The notes under the pieces: generated by a model
The model's database searches: none
Told to the model about the DNA's origin: nothing
Seen by the model: only the letters and a program-made list of their open reading frames with translations
Translations under genes and position numbers: made by a program
Source of the DNA: Eledone cirrhosa
Taxonomy: Eukaryota
Reading direction: 5' to 3'
DNA: 64,000 nucleotides
Assembly (NCBI GenBank): GCA_964016885.1
Contig: OZ024747.1
Span: 89,280,001 to 89,344,000, forward strand
Shown: positions 37,504 to 50,565 of the stretch, in pieces
How the letters are laid out: every line of letters starts with the position of its first letter
Numbering within the stretch: position 1 is the stretch's first letter

Positions 37504-38499
37504 TTCACTGGTAAACCACTAAACTTCACTGGTAAACCACTAACCTTCACTGATAAAATATATTGATTTAAAAACAAATAAAATTTTGATCTCTATTTCC
37601 AATTCCCTTATTTAATTTTTCTCTCTTTTCTTTTTTAAACTTTTTAAAATTATAATTCCCAATGGTTTCCAACAGTCTGAACTTTTGTCATTAACTAAGG
37701 CACACCGAGGGTCTGAATAAAATATTTATTTATGGATCTCATTCTGTCATTCAATATTCATCTTTACAAGAATTAACATGAATTAACATGAATATCATTG
37801 TAGCATGATAATAGAATGTATTAAGAAACAAACAACTGTAGCAATTTTATGTTTATGGTTGTGTATCAATAACAAATATAACTAATGAAGCAATATTTTT
37901 GTGGTTTCTTTATAAAGAAACCTAAAGGTTCTATATAAATAGCTGTCTTGTCTTAATGCAATCAGTGAAAGTAAATATGTCATCCTATTATTTCCTTTTG
38001 ATTTTGAGTCCCTCTTTTCATCTTTCTGACTCAAAGATGCTTTTTACTTTGATTTCTAATTAAGCGAGGAAGAAGAGAAATATCTGTAGCTGAATTGTAA
38101 GAAGAAGAAATTCACTAACATTAGTAAGCAATTTATAACATCAAAGTTAATCAGTGTTTGACACCAGGAAAGATTAAATGTGGTTAATGCAATAGAGACA
38201 GAAAACATACAAATGTGAAACACTTAAACATGGTACTGATCCATTGAAAAATATCCTGCAGTCACGATAATATAAAATAAAAAAAGGAATTGAAACATAA
38301 GAGAAACCAGGAAAAGTGTGATTTTTCCCTATTTCTAATTGATTTTATTGTTATTTCCTCTTATTAGTAGTATTAAGATAAGTGTGGTAGAAATGACTTA
38401 CAGCATTAGTGTCATTCCTATATATTCTGAGTTCAAATCTGTCAAATTCCGAATTTATCTTTCATCACTCAAGATCGATAAAATGAGGGTACCAGTCAT

Positions 38500-38830
38500 A
38501 TTCTTCTTGTGACCCTAAATTCCACCAGTTGCAGACTGCGCATCAACATGTGATATCTCTCTCCGCAAAGTTCGATCACCAGCAGCAGAGTTCAAAGAGC
38601 AAAGATCAAGTCCAGTCCATACATTAACATTGTCAAGCCATCATTTTGGCTGCCGGCCTCTGCTTCTCTTACCAGCCAACCTTCCTTCCAGGCATAACCT
38701 ACTCACACCACAGGTTGATCTTTTTATATGGCCGTATAGTTTGAGTACTCTTGACTTGACAATTGATGTAGTTGGTTTAAGTTTGGTAATGTTGAGCAGC
38801 TCACTAATACAGATACGGTGCAAAGCATGG
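38500..38830 (-). mobile_element. RTE-like LINE 3' fragment (distinct family)
   Basis: KSRVLKLYGHIKRS..CLEGRLAGKRSRGRQPK*WLDNV..DRTLRR; gaagaa tail. Confidence 0.75.
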
Positions 38831-38869
38831 TGTCCATAAATGAACAAATGAATGGTTTGGTAGAAGATT

Positions 38870-41040
38870 AGTGCTGTGGGGGGAGTATGTGGACGCTGGG
38901 TTTTTACTCCCAAAATGCATGGTGGTGCACTTGTCCACAGCTAGCTTGAGTTGCCCGTCTGAGATCCATTGTTGCATTGTGTCCAGGTCAGACTGCAAGC
39001 AAGATCTATAGTGTTCAGGATCTGTCCTTTTTATCTCAAGGTACAGCTTGATGTCATCTGCGTACTTTAGTACCGTGGCATTCTTTAAGTTGGCATCTAT
39101 GTCATTAATATATGCCACAAACAAAAGGGGGCCAAGAATAGATCCCTGTGGTACACCAGATGATATTTAATATGGTGAGGAATGCTGTCCCAGAACTGTG
39201 ACTATCTCTCTTCGACTGAGAATGAAGGACTTCAACCAGTTAAAAAGATCATCCTTCACACCCATTGCAGAGAGTTTTGCCATAAGCCTTTTGTGTGGCA
39301 CAGAATTGAAGGTTTTCGCAAAGTCAAGGTAAATGACATCCACCCATGAGCCGCCATCAGTGATCCGGGTGATGTCCTCAAGAAACTCTATAAGTTGATC
39401 ACAGCAGCTGGAGTTGGGGATAAATCCAAATTGCGAGGGCCGGATAAGACTGTGAGAGCTCCAGAAATCCCAAAGTGTTTCTCTGACACAGGATTCCATC
39501 AGTTTGGCGATGCAACTAGTAAGACTGACTGGACGATAGTTCACAGGTGATATGTGGTCACCCTTTTTGAACAGAGGAATAACACTGGCAGTTTTCCACT
39601 GTTCTGGAGTAGCACTGTTGTTCAGATATAATTGGAAGAAGCGTGATAACTGGTGCAGAAGAAAGTACCCACGACATTTAAGAAGCAGGTACGTAACACC
39701 ATCAAGACCAGGAGAGGCATGGTTGCGTTTATTTTTTAGGTGACGTCGCAGCATTGCAGGTGTAAATTCCATGATTGTAATAGAGTCTGGTGTCATAGGT
39801 GGTGGAGATGGTACACTCTGGTCTTCAATAGTGAAAATGCCTGCATAGCATTCAGCAATGAGCTCTGCACATTCCTTGGGGTCGTCAGTAACCTGGCTTG
39901 TGTGGGGATTGTGAAGAGGACCAACTGGAGAGTGAGGCCTCTGCTATGAGTGAACATACTTCCAGAACACCTTACTGACAGGGCTGGTTGCTATGCGCTG
40001 CTCAAATTGAAGCACTGCCTTTTTTGTCACCTGTTTGAGGTGGTTGGATGATCTATTTCGCCTCTTCCTATTAATGTCTGATTTGTGAAGTTTCTACTCA
40101 CGTTCAGCATTGCGCTGTTCTTTTCTGGCAAGACGGACTGCTGCAGTCTCCCAAATGGACTTTTGGGATGTTTTTTCCGCTTACGTGGCACCGATGCTGC
40201 ACATGCTATCCATATTGAGCTCAGGATGTTCTAGAGTACAGTGCTGACATCTCCAGAGTCGTAGAACTCAAGCCAGTTTGGGCGTTGCAACTCGGTGCAG
40301 TAACAGTTCCAGTCTGCTTTATTCCAGTCAAAGTGAGCAGTTTGGAGATGGTTGTGGTTCTTGTTACTGCCCATGAGGGATAGATTGGCAATGATCATAG
40401 CATGATCAGAGTCACCTAAAGGTTCCTCAGCAGTAACATTAATGACCGTTTCAGGAGTAGTGGTGAAGAGTAGGTCCAAAGTGTTGTCACCTCTTGTTGG
40501 GGAGGTGACCAATTGGGACCAACTCGAGTCCAGCACTAGCTCAAGGAAGTCATTTGCACTTGGCGGCCAACGAAAGGTTTCCCAGTCAATCTCAGGGTGA
40601 TTGAAGTCTCCTGCAATGAAAACATAAGTGGCTGTCTTCCTGGCAGCAGCTCTGAGGATATTACAAAGTTGAGTGTCTTGATGGTAATTTGGGGGACGGT
40701 AAACGACTCTAAGTAACAGTGTTGACATAGTCATATGTATATCGCAGAAAAAAAGTTCCTGCTGTGATTGGTTCAAATCAACACAAGGAATTGCCGACAG
40801 ATTTGACCGAATGTAGACCATTACACCATCACCACGACGATTAATGCGGTCTTTACGAAACAGGTTGTAGCCAGTCATGCTGAAAACCCCATCACAGAGT
40901 AAGTGATGTGCCCAAGTTTCCGTGACTGTAATGAAGTCAGGGTTGATACTTTTGACGTAGGAGTCAAAAAGATGAATTTTATTGCATAGACTATGTGCAT
41001 TCAAGGACAACAATTTGTACCTTGATTCCAGTATATGATT
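38870..41040 (-). pseudogene. CR1 ORF2 (APE endonuclease + RT), disrupted
   Basis: LNAHSL, TETW, VYRPP, GDFNHP, LDLLF, SDH; NYRPVSLTS, QFGF, YLDFAKTFNSVPH, *ISSGVPQGSILGPLLF, YADD; stops at 40231 and 39167. Confidence 0.9.
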
Positions 41041-42170
41041 ATGTGCAGGGGATGGCAGGTTGTTCTGATTTAGTTCCCAGAGTTTTTTCAGTTTCTTTAT
41101 TGTCAGTTGTTGTGGGTACAGTGTTTTCAGACCAGCTGGTATCTCTTTTCCATGTTTCGCCAGCCTTAACAAACTTCCATATCTGCCCATCATCTCGTAG
41201 GCTGAAGCTTTCATGTTCTGCCGAGCTGCGGTTTAAAGAAGCTGCAGCACGCAACTTTGGGCAGACATCAGGTAGAAGACCAGGGCGTGTTTGGAAAGCA
41301 ATCCGAATTTCATGCCTAGCTTTATCAGAGGCTACTAGGTATGAACGTGCCTCAGTTGAGTTTGAAAACGACAGTCTAATTAGCCTGGGTTTTGGGCCTG
41401 GTCGGCCAAGGCGTAGAGCACCCTTTGCGGGAGCACAACCCAGGTCTTTGGATGAACTGGCAGCAAATGCCTGAAGATCAACTATGTCTTCTGGTACACC
41501 AATGGCAATCACTTTGTGGTTTGCAGATTCAGTGGCATTCTCAGTGTGTCTAGGTTCAACATGAGGTACGCGGAGATTTTTTAACAAGGCACTCCGGTAA
41601 GATCCTTCATTGTGGGGTTCTACACGAACGCTTGATTTTATTCCCGCTATTTCTCGGCTTAAAGCGGAAATCATTTGCCGTATTTCCTCAAACTCCGTAT
41701 TGACGGTTGGTTTTTGTTGGTGTTCTTCTCCTTCAACAGGCATGGTAGAAGACACAGTCGTCGGTTGTTGTTGTTGAAAAGTAACGGGTGAGGAAGACGT
41801 GGGTTGCTGTTGTTGATGAAGTCCTTCAACGGGGGTAGTAGCAGAAGCTACGGTCGTTGGTTTTTGCTGTTGTTCAGGAACAATGGTAGAGGAAGACACG
41901 ATCCTTGGTTTTTGTTGTTGTTGTTCGGGAACAATGGTAGAAGAAGACACGATCTTTGGTTTTTGTTGTTGTTGCTGTTCCGCAGCAATGGGAGAGGCAG
42001 GCATACAGTCCAGGCACTGAAAGGACCAGTTTGTTAGCTGGACCATCTCCCAGAGTCTATCCATCATAGCAATATGATGTTTCTTGTTTTGGCCTGGGAT
42101 CTTCCGGAAGCCTGTGGCGCATTGAAGGCAGACAGAGATGTGCCAGGTTCCACATTCGACCCAACGATTG
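41039..42170 (-). CDS. CR1 ORF1 (5'-truncated) with degenerate N-terminal PHD-like finger, Q-rich repeats and coiled coil
   Basis: Frame is open upstream of ATG 42067 (RWVECGTWHISVCLQC..WSFQCLDC); VIAIGVPE and LRLGRPGPKPRLIRLSF are typical of CR1/L2 ORF1. Confidence 0.7.
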
Positions 42171-42171
42171 C

Positions 42172-42334
42172 GGTGGTAACTCCATCATGGCCTTAGTTCA
42201 ATGTCTGAAACCAGTAAATAAAGAAACAAATGTTTTGGTAGAAGATAAACCTTTAAAGGTGGTAACTCCAACATGGCCTTAGTTCAATGTCTGAAAGCAG
42301 TAAATGAACAAAATAATGGCTTGGTAGAAGATAA
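42172..42334. repeat. 86-bp tandem duplication
   Basis: ggtggtaactcca.catggccttagttcaatgtctgaaa.cagtaaat..ttggtagaagataa at 42172 and 42258. Confidence 0.85.
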
Positions 42335-43399
42335 AGTAAATCTGATTTTTCCCTCCACTGAAATTTCTGTCTGTAGCAGTAACCTGCATTTAAATGACCT
42401 AACCTACATGAATAGAATGTATTTCTGCCATAATTGATTTTATTACTTGATTTAATGGTCAGAGTTCTATTAGTTGTTGTCTTCTGAGCATATAATTAAG
42501 ATGTCAGTGGAGTAGAAAATTCTCAGAGTGGAACCAATTCCGAAATTGTTCGATAAATAAATGGTTATTCTATTATATTGACAACAGCAGAGTTTTTCAA
42601 TGTTTTACAATTATCTTTCCATGGGTTTTAGTAGCATGAGCACAGCTTGCAATATTTATTATTGTCAAAGCAAAACTAATATAAAACTACAATGTAATAT
42701 TTGCCAATGTTTTTGTCTTATACATGCTACTCATCTATTTCTATGTATTTGACTGTGGTTAAGAAGTTTACTTCACAACCATGTTGTTCAAGGTTTGATT
42801 CTACTGTTAGCCATTTTGGGAAAGTCTTTTCCACCATAATCTTAGGTTCATCAATGTTTTGTGAGAGAAATTTGACAGGCAAAGGCCTATTGTATATATA
42901 TGTGTGTATATGTGTATGTATACATACACACACATGTGCAGACATACATATGAATTTCAGATGATCCCACGCAGGGTGAAAGCAGAAATTTATTGCTTAA
43001 ACATTTAATCTGTACTAATAATATATCTTTCTATTGTGTAATATCACATTTCCTAAACAAATATCATACAAACTGTCCTTTTTTAAGAAAGAAAACCTTT
43101 GTTAACAGCAGAAATAATAGCTCCATTCTCCCTTTGGCAATTATGTTTTCAAAATACCTTCATCTTCGTAATAAAAGCTATCAATTACTTCTAAAAGAAA
43201 TCCAGATATTTGCAAGCCTCTATTTCACATTTACTTTTATTATTGGTTGATCCTGTGTATTAGCCAGCCTATCAGTGATCTCACTACACTTCTTGTATAC
43301 CCATAGTTTACACTAGATACAACTCTTGGAATTTTTACCTGTTCCATTCCTGTATATTGAACACAGCTATTTACATGATGGCAACAGGGACTTGTCTTC

Positions 43400-43825
43400 T
43401 TTTTTTATATACTAAAATATTAAACTTTGCTGTTTACTTTGAGGCTTCTCAATTCTATGTTTTGCTTCCATACCTGGAATTTCACCTGTAAATCTTCTAC
43501 AGATTCAACTATAAGAACTAAGTCATCAACAAACAAAAGTGCCCACAGACAACTAATTCTTCTGATAAGGTCTAAAGAATTATAATAAACAGGAGTGGCT
43601 CAAAATCGAGTCCTGGTGGACTCTGCATGCTAAATTCTTCATTGAACTTATTGCTAACTGCATATCAACATATGGCTTGCATGGTACTCAAAAGCCATTC
43701 ATCTACCCTAGTTTCCTTAGTAACTACCAGGTTATATATTGTGGTACCCTGTCAGTGACCTTCATGAGGTGGACGAATGCTAGGTATAACGACTTGCTCC
43801 TAGCTAAGTACTGAAGAAAAAATTG
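43400..43825 (-). pseudogene. Decayed RTE RT fragment
   Basis: YLARSKSLYLAFVHLMKVTDRVPQYITW*LLRKLG..VHQDSILS aligns to the 18691 ORF (YLAKGKPLYLAFVDLEKAFDRVPRSIIWWALRKLG). Confidence 0.75.
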
Positions 43826-44319
43826 ATGAACAAAAAACACCCAGCCCACATTGTAAAGTGGACTTATAGGAGTCACGACAAAAAGCACCCAGCCCACACT
43901 GTAAAGTAGTTCTGTAGGTGTCACGACAAAAAGCAAGCAGCACACACTGTAAATGTGGTTGGCATCAGGAAGGCCATCCAGCCATAGAAACCTAGCCAGA
44001 AACAGTTCTATATGAGCAAGACATGGTCACCTGACCCAACTTGCTTCTAATGGGACAACCCATCTAACCTATGCTAGTATGGAAAATGGATGCTAAATGA
44101 GGATGATGATGAATAAGTAAACTTCCTTACAAATAATTAATAATTGTTTTTACTTTTGGCACAAGGTCAGCAATTATCCCAATATATACTTTATTTTATT
44201 GACCCCCTTAAGGATGAAAGGCAAAGTTAACCTCGGCGGGATTTGAACTCAGACCATAAAGGGCCGTGACTCTTTGCTGCAAAGCATGGCGTCCGACCCT
44301 CTACCGATACTGCCAATCC
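43826..44319. mobile_element. RTE-tail element (+, 43826-44112) and family-a SINE (-, 44141-44319)
   Basis: 48-bp units plus GAT tail; RC of SINE a. Confidence 0.8.
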
Positions 44320-44734
44320 ACAATACCATACAGACACTTCAGTACGAGCGAGACATGGTCTCCAGACCAATCCTGCATCAAATGGAACAAAACCGTCTAA
44401 CCCATGCTAGAGTGGAAGATGGACATTAAATGATGAGGATGATGATGCTGATGATGATGAGGATACAGAAACATTTGAATTTCAACAAATGGAAGAAGCA
44501 GCTATTAATGATTCAATCAAAATGATTTTGAAATCATGAATAGATAAAAAGAATAAGCATCAGAATATGAAACAGAGCTTAATGCCAGAGAGCTTGGAGA
44601 AGATTCTATTAGTGGAGATTAACCTGAATAAACTGGGTCACATTTTACTAATTGTCTGAGATTTTACATGAATTCAAGGATTTCATTTGAAGCACTTTCC
44701 CTTGCATAATATTTTAAGAGATATAAAGCCTTCT

Positions 44735-45155
44735 TTCATCATCATTATCATTGCCATCATCATCATCATCATTTTCATCATCATCCTCGTCATTTTCAAC
44801 ATCATCCTTGTCATCATTGCTGTCTTCACCATCGTTTTCATCATCATCATTATTGTCATCATCGTCTTCATCATCATCATTATTGTCATCATCGTTGTCA
44901 TCATCATCATCATCATCATCACTGTTATCATCATCACCACCTTCATCACTGTCATCATCATCACCTTCATCACTGTCATCATCATCATCAACATCATCAT
45001 CACTATCATCATCATCATCATCATCATCATCACTGTCATGATCATCATCACCTTCATCATCGTCATGATCATCATCATCGCTGTCATCATTATCATCTTC
45101 ATCATTGTCATCATCACCATCATCGTCATCATCACCTTGATCACCATCATCATCA
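44735..45155. repeat. Degenerate (CAT)n microsatellite
   Basis: Direct reading. Confidence 0.95.
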
Positions 45156-45160
45156 AGTCT

Positions 45161-46148
45161 GTATCTTGCTTATATATCTATTGAGTGTTCAGGAGAAGTT
45201 GTCATGTCTTCAGTATCTTGCTTATATATCTATTGAGTACTCAGGAGAAGTTGTCATGTCTTCAGTATCTTGCTTATATATCTATTGAGTACTCAGGAGA
45301 AGTTGTCATGTCTTTAGTATCTTGCTTATATATCTATTGAGTACTCAGAAGAAGTTGTCATGTCTTTAGTATCTTGCTTATATATCTATTGAGTACTCAG
45401 GAGAAGTTGTCATGTCTTTAGTATCTTGCTTATATATCTATTGAGTACTCAGGAGAAGTTGTCATGTCTTCAGTATCTTGCTTATATATCTATTGAGTAC
45501 TCAGGAGAAGTTGTCATGTCTTTAGTATCTTGCTTATATATCTATTGAGTGTTCAGGAGAAGTTGTCATGTCTTCAGTATCTTGCTTATATATCTATTGA
45601 GTACTCAGGAGAAGTTGTCATGTCTTTAGTATCTTGCTTATATATCTATTGAGTACTCAGGAGAAGTTGTCATGTCTTTAGTATCTTGCTTATATATCTA
45701 TTGAGTACTCAGGAGAAGTTGTCATGTCTTTAGTATCTTGCTTATATATCTATTGAGTACTCTGGAGAAGTTGTCATGTCTTCAGTATCTTGCTTATATA
45801 TCTATTGAGTACTCAGGAGAAGTTGTCATGTCTTTAGTATCTTGCTTATATATCTATTGAGTACTCAGAAGAAGTTGTCATGTCTTTAGTATCTTGCTTA
45901 TATATCTATTGAGTGCTCAGGAGAAGTTGTCATGTCTTCAGTATCTTGCTTATATATCTATTGAGTACTCAGGAGAAGTTGTCATGTCTTCAGTATCTTG
46001 CTTATATATCTATTGAGTACTCAGGAGAAGTTGTCATGTCTTCAGTATCTTGCTTATATATCTATTGAGTGCTCAGGAGAAGTTGTCATGTCTTCAGTAT
46101 CTTGCTTATATATCTATTGAGTACTCAGGAGAAGTTGTCATGTCTTTA
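45161..46148. repeat. Minisatellite, 19 x 52 bp
   Basis: Unit gtatcttgcttatatatctattgagtactcaggagaagttgtcatgtctt(c/t)a; 988 bp / 52 = 19. Confidence 0.95.
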
Positions 46149-46476
46149 TAAACATTAAAACAAACAAACAACAAAAAGAACAAAAAATAGGAGTTTCAGA
46201 CAAGTTTAGTTTGGGATTGGGGGAAATATTTTATTTTAAAATTGATTTAAAGAGTCAGTAGACAGTTTGAATTAGATAAAAATTAAATAAAAAGTATATT
46301 TTGGTAGAGATATAATGTCAGTAGTCAGACTGTCAGCATTCAATATGTTGGATAATTGTTTCTGTTCATATAAAAATGATAATATATATATATATATACA
46401 CACACACATATATATATATATACATATATATATGTATATACATACATATATATATATATGTATATATACACATATA

Positions 46477-46536
<60 letters not shown>

Positions 46537-46570
46537 CACATATATATGTACATTATATATATATACACAG

Positions 46571-46615
<45 letters not shown>

Positions 46616-47085
46616 AATATATAAATATGAATTTATCTGCTTATCCGCAGCAGAAAGAATACCATCCTTCTTCCTGCATATCACAATGGGAATAAATAGA
46701 ATTTGATTATCCTTTGAAATATCTAATACTTTGAAAATCAGGTTTCTTTTTGGAATTGAATTGAAATAAAATTCGATTAGATATTGAATTTATTGAAAAA
46801 TAAAATGTTTCAACAAAAATATGATTACTTAAATAAAAGATTTAAAAGATGTTTGATAAAATGAGAACAGATATGCAAAAACTGAAGCATTACCAAGTAA
46901 CTTGATGAATATGAGGCTGTGAAGCCTTAGACAAACAAATAATTTTATTTAACATAGAAAAGTAAATTTTGATAGATTTAATATAGTATTATTTCTAATA
47001 TATTTTTAATAAGTTAACATGTCCATGGAAACAGCAGCGCATAATGTGTTTGTTAAAAGAACTGGAAATTATGTATGTATATATA

Positions 47086-48360
47086 CCTAGAGTCAAAAGG
47101 ACTTAAAATTAACCTGGCTAAGACCAAAGTACTAGTTTGTAGGAAAGAAAACAAGGCGGCGGTCCCTTCTGGGAAATGGTCGTGCTCGGTGTGTAGGAAA
47201 GGCGTAGGTAGAAACTCCATTTTATGTCCTAAATGCAAAGTATGGGTGCATAAAAGATGTAGTGGGATCACAGGTAGGCTAACTAAGAACATAGATTTTA
47301 CATGTGGCCGGTGCCCTGGTGCAATAAGTAGCAGCAAGTGCCCACAAACTACTAGCTCTTTCAATTGCGCAGAGGGTTCTATAGAAATAGTGGACAGCTT
47401 CCGTTACCTGGGCGATAAAATCAGCAGTGGGGGAGGGTGCTCTGAAAGTACTGTAGCTAGAGTCAGAACTGGTTGGAAAAAGTTCAGAGAGCTTATACCA
47501 CTATTAGCTGCTAAAGGGTTCTCACTAAAAATGAAAGGCAGGTTGTACGATGCCTGCATACGAACAGCAATGCTGCATGGCAGTGAGACCTGGGCATTGT
47601 GTGCAGAGGATATACGCAGACTAGAGAGGAACGAAGCTTGCATGCTCCGCTGGATGTGTAACAGTAATATACGTGAACGGCAAAGCATAAACGAACTAAG
47701 GAATAAATTAGAGATAAGAGGGATCAGATGTTGTTTACTCGAGAGAAGGCTACGTTGGTATGGACACGTGATGCGCATGAAAGTCGATAGCTGTATAACA
47801 AAGTGCAGGGCAATAAAGATAGACGGTAGTCACGGAATAGGCAGACCTAGAAAAACCTGGGACGAGCTGATAAACTCCGACATCACACACTTACACCTCT
47901 CCAAGACAATGTCACTGGACCGAGACCTTTGGCGGTACTCAGTAACAGAGAAGACCCGCCTTACCTAAATATATAGTAAAACCTACTCCAGCCAGTAGGC
48001 ATCTCTAACAAATACACCCCGTCCCACCACCCCCACCCGATCCACACCACCCCGTTCTATGTAAAGTTATGTTGGTGCCGCGCCATCGAGGCCGAAACAA
48101 ATGAGATCGTGTAGGTGTCACGACAAAAAAACACACAGTCCACGCTGTAATGTGGCCGTGTAGGCAACACGGTAAAAACCTCCCAGACCCACACTGTAAA
48201 TGTGGTTGGTGTTAGGAAGGGCATCCAACTGTAGAAAACCTGCCAGACAGTCCTATGCGAGCAAGACAATCACTCTTGCCTCAAGTGGGACTACCCCCGT
48301 CCAAACCCATGCAAGCGTGGAACACGGACGTTAAACGCTGATGATGATGATGATGATGAT
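47086..48360 (+). mobile_element. 5'-truncated RTE subfamily A copy, ~99% identical to 21039-22323
   Basis: Three aa differences in the ORF track (K>R, S>P, K>N) and small 3'UTR indels; (GAT)n tail. Confidence 0.95.
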
Positions 48361-49003
48361 ATAGACAGTAGAAGTCGCATTGATAGACAGATTTTTCAAA
48401 TGCAGGCGGGTGCTATAGAAGTGGTGGATAGCTTCCGGTACCTAGGAGATCAGATTAGCATGGGAGGGGGGTTCCGAGGCCATAGTATCTAGAATAAGAA
48501 CGGGTTGGAAGAAGTTTAGGGAGCTGCTTCCTCTGCTGACGAAGAAGGGTTTCTCCCTGCGTACGAAAGGCCGGTTATATGATGCCTGTGTGAGGAGCGC
48601 GATGTTGCATGGTAGTGAGACATGGGCAACAACTGCAGAGGATATGCGATGGCTGGAGAGAAATGAGGCAAGCATGCTCCGTTGGATGTGCAGTGTCAAT
48701 GTGTGTGAACGACCCAGCATGAATGTGTTGAGAGAGAAACTGTGTCTGAGAGGGATAGAATGTAGTGTACGGGAGAGGAGACTGAGGTGGTATGGACATG
48801 TGATGCGCATGGAGGATGACTGATGGGTAAAGAAGTGCCAGGAAATGCCAGTTGAAGGAAGACGTGGTAGAGGAAGACCACGAAAAACATGGGCGGAGGT
48901 GGTGAGAACAGACCTCAGAAGCTCACAGTGGAGATGACGAAGGACCGTGACAAGTGGAGAGATGCGGTGCTGAATAAGACCCATCCCACCCTTGCAAGCA
49001 GGG
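48361..49003 (+). mobile_element. RTE subfamily C fragment (disrupted)
   Basis: AIEVVDSFRYLGDQIS..MLHGSETW..RLRWYGHVMRMEDD*..GRPRKTW; ends cccacccttgcaagcaggg without tail. Confidence 0.88.
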
Positions 49004-49143
49004 TTTCTACAGCTGAGTAAACTGGAGCAATGTGAAATAAAGTGTCTTGCTCAAGGAAACAACACATCACCCAGTCTGAGAATTGAACTCACAACCTTTC
49101 GATTGCAAGGCCAAAGCTCTAACCACTAAGCCATGTGCCTCCA
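49004..49143 (-). mobile_element. SINE family b tRNA-like head
   Basis: Nearly identical to RC of 58128-58267. Confidence 0.85.
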
Positions 49144-49170
49144 TATATATATATATACATATATAAATAT

Positions 49171-49688
49171 ATCATCATCATCATCATCATCGTTTAACGT
49201 CCATTTACCACGCTAGCATGGGTCTGGACGGGAATTGTCCCACTTGAGGCAAGATTGGTTGTCTTGCTCAGGACTGTCTGGTGGGTTTTCTACGGCTGGA
49301 TGCCCTTCCTAACACCAACCATGTTTACAGTGTGGACTGGGAGGTTTTTACCGTGTTACCTACATGGCCACATTACAGTGTGGACTGTGTGTTTTATTGT
49401 CATGACACCTACACGTCTGGCGGGTTTTCTATGGCTGGGTGCCCTTCCCAACACCAACCACGTTTACAGTGTGTACTGGAGGTTTTTACCGTGTTACCTA
49501 AACAGCCACATTACCGCGTGGACTGTCTGTTTTTTTGTCGTGACACCTACACGACCTCATTTGTTTCGGACTGGATGTTGTGGTACCAACATAACTTCAC
49601 ATTTAAGGGGGTGGTGTGGATGGGGTGGGGGTAGTGGGACGGGGGTGTATTTTGTTAGAGGAGCCTACTGACTGTAGGTTTCGCTTTG
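49171..49688 (-). mobile_element. RTE subfamily-A-like 3'UTR with ~138-bp internal tandem duplication
   Basis: Colinear with 21930-22323; duplicated blocks ~49277-49415 and ~49416-49552; TA tracts on both sides. Confidence 0.8.
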
Positions 49689-49737
49689 TATATATATATA
49701 CATATATATATATATACATATATGTATATATATACAC

Positions 49738-49792
<55 letters not shown>

Positions 49793-50010
49793 CATGTATA
49801 CGTATGTATTCATATATATATAATATATATACATATATATACATATATGTATATATACATGTATATATATATATATATATATACATATATATACATATAC
49901 ATGTATATATATATATATAAATACATATATATACACATATATATATACATATTTGTATATATACATATATATACATATATTATATATATATATATATACA
50001 TATATATACA

Positions 50011-50450
50011 CCTCTGTGTCACTTTTGAGCTGACATTTGGCAGGCTCCCATACAGCTCTGAGTTTTTCATCCTCAGTGTATACTGATTAATGTTCAGAGC
50101 CATCCTCAGCATTCTCGTGTAGCACCCATCCATCATCTGAGTGAGTTTCTTGGTCAGTGTCCAAGTCTCAAACCTGTACAGCAGCACAGACTCCACTACA
50201 ACAATGAAGAGGCGGATTTTCATGCTCACCGACATCCAGAGTTGACATTGCACTCAGTGCTCCTGTGGGAGCCCCTACATGGACACACTGGAAGAGGAAG
50301 ACCAAGGTTAACGTATGTTGATGCCCTAAGGATAGACACTGGTCTGTTGGAGACGCAGGACATGGCAGCGATAATGAGGGACAGAGACCGCTGGAGAGAA
50401 CTCATCCATGGATCTCGGGAATTTTACCCGCCCTAGATAGATAGATAGAT
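50011..50450 (+). mobile_element. RTE-like LINE 3' fragment with inverted 5' part
   Basis: Minus 50242-50011: [34 protein letters not shown]; plus 50243-50436: VLLWEPLHGHTGRGRPRLTYVD..DRDRWR; (TAGA)n tail. Confidence 0.85.
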
Positions 50451-50456
50451 ATATAT

Positions 50457-50559
<103 letters not shown>

Positions 50560-50565
50560 TATATG

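Larger units (their letters stand above)
38870..42171 (-). mobile_element. CR1-type LINE, truncated at both 5' and 3' ends
   Basis: ORF1 followed by APE endonuclease and RT; no 3' tail; stops about 45 codons after YADD. Confidence 0.9.

Noticed and set aside
45161-46148. CRISPR-like array
   Set aside because: Units are contiguous with no unique spacers, there are no cas genes, and the context is eukaryotic.
47086-48360. Segmental duplication or LTR pair with 21039-22323
   Set aside because: Similarity is confined to the element, flanks differ, and 5' truncation plus tail fit independent retrotransposition.
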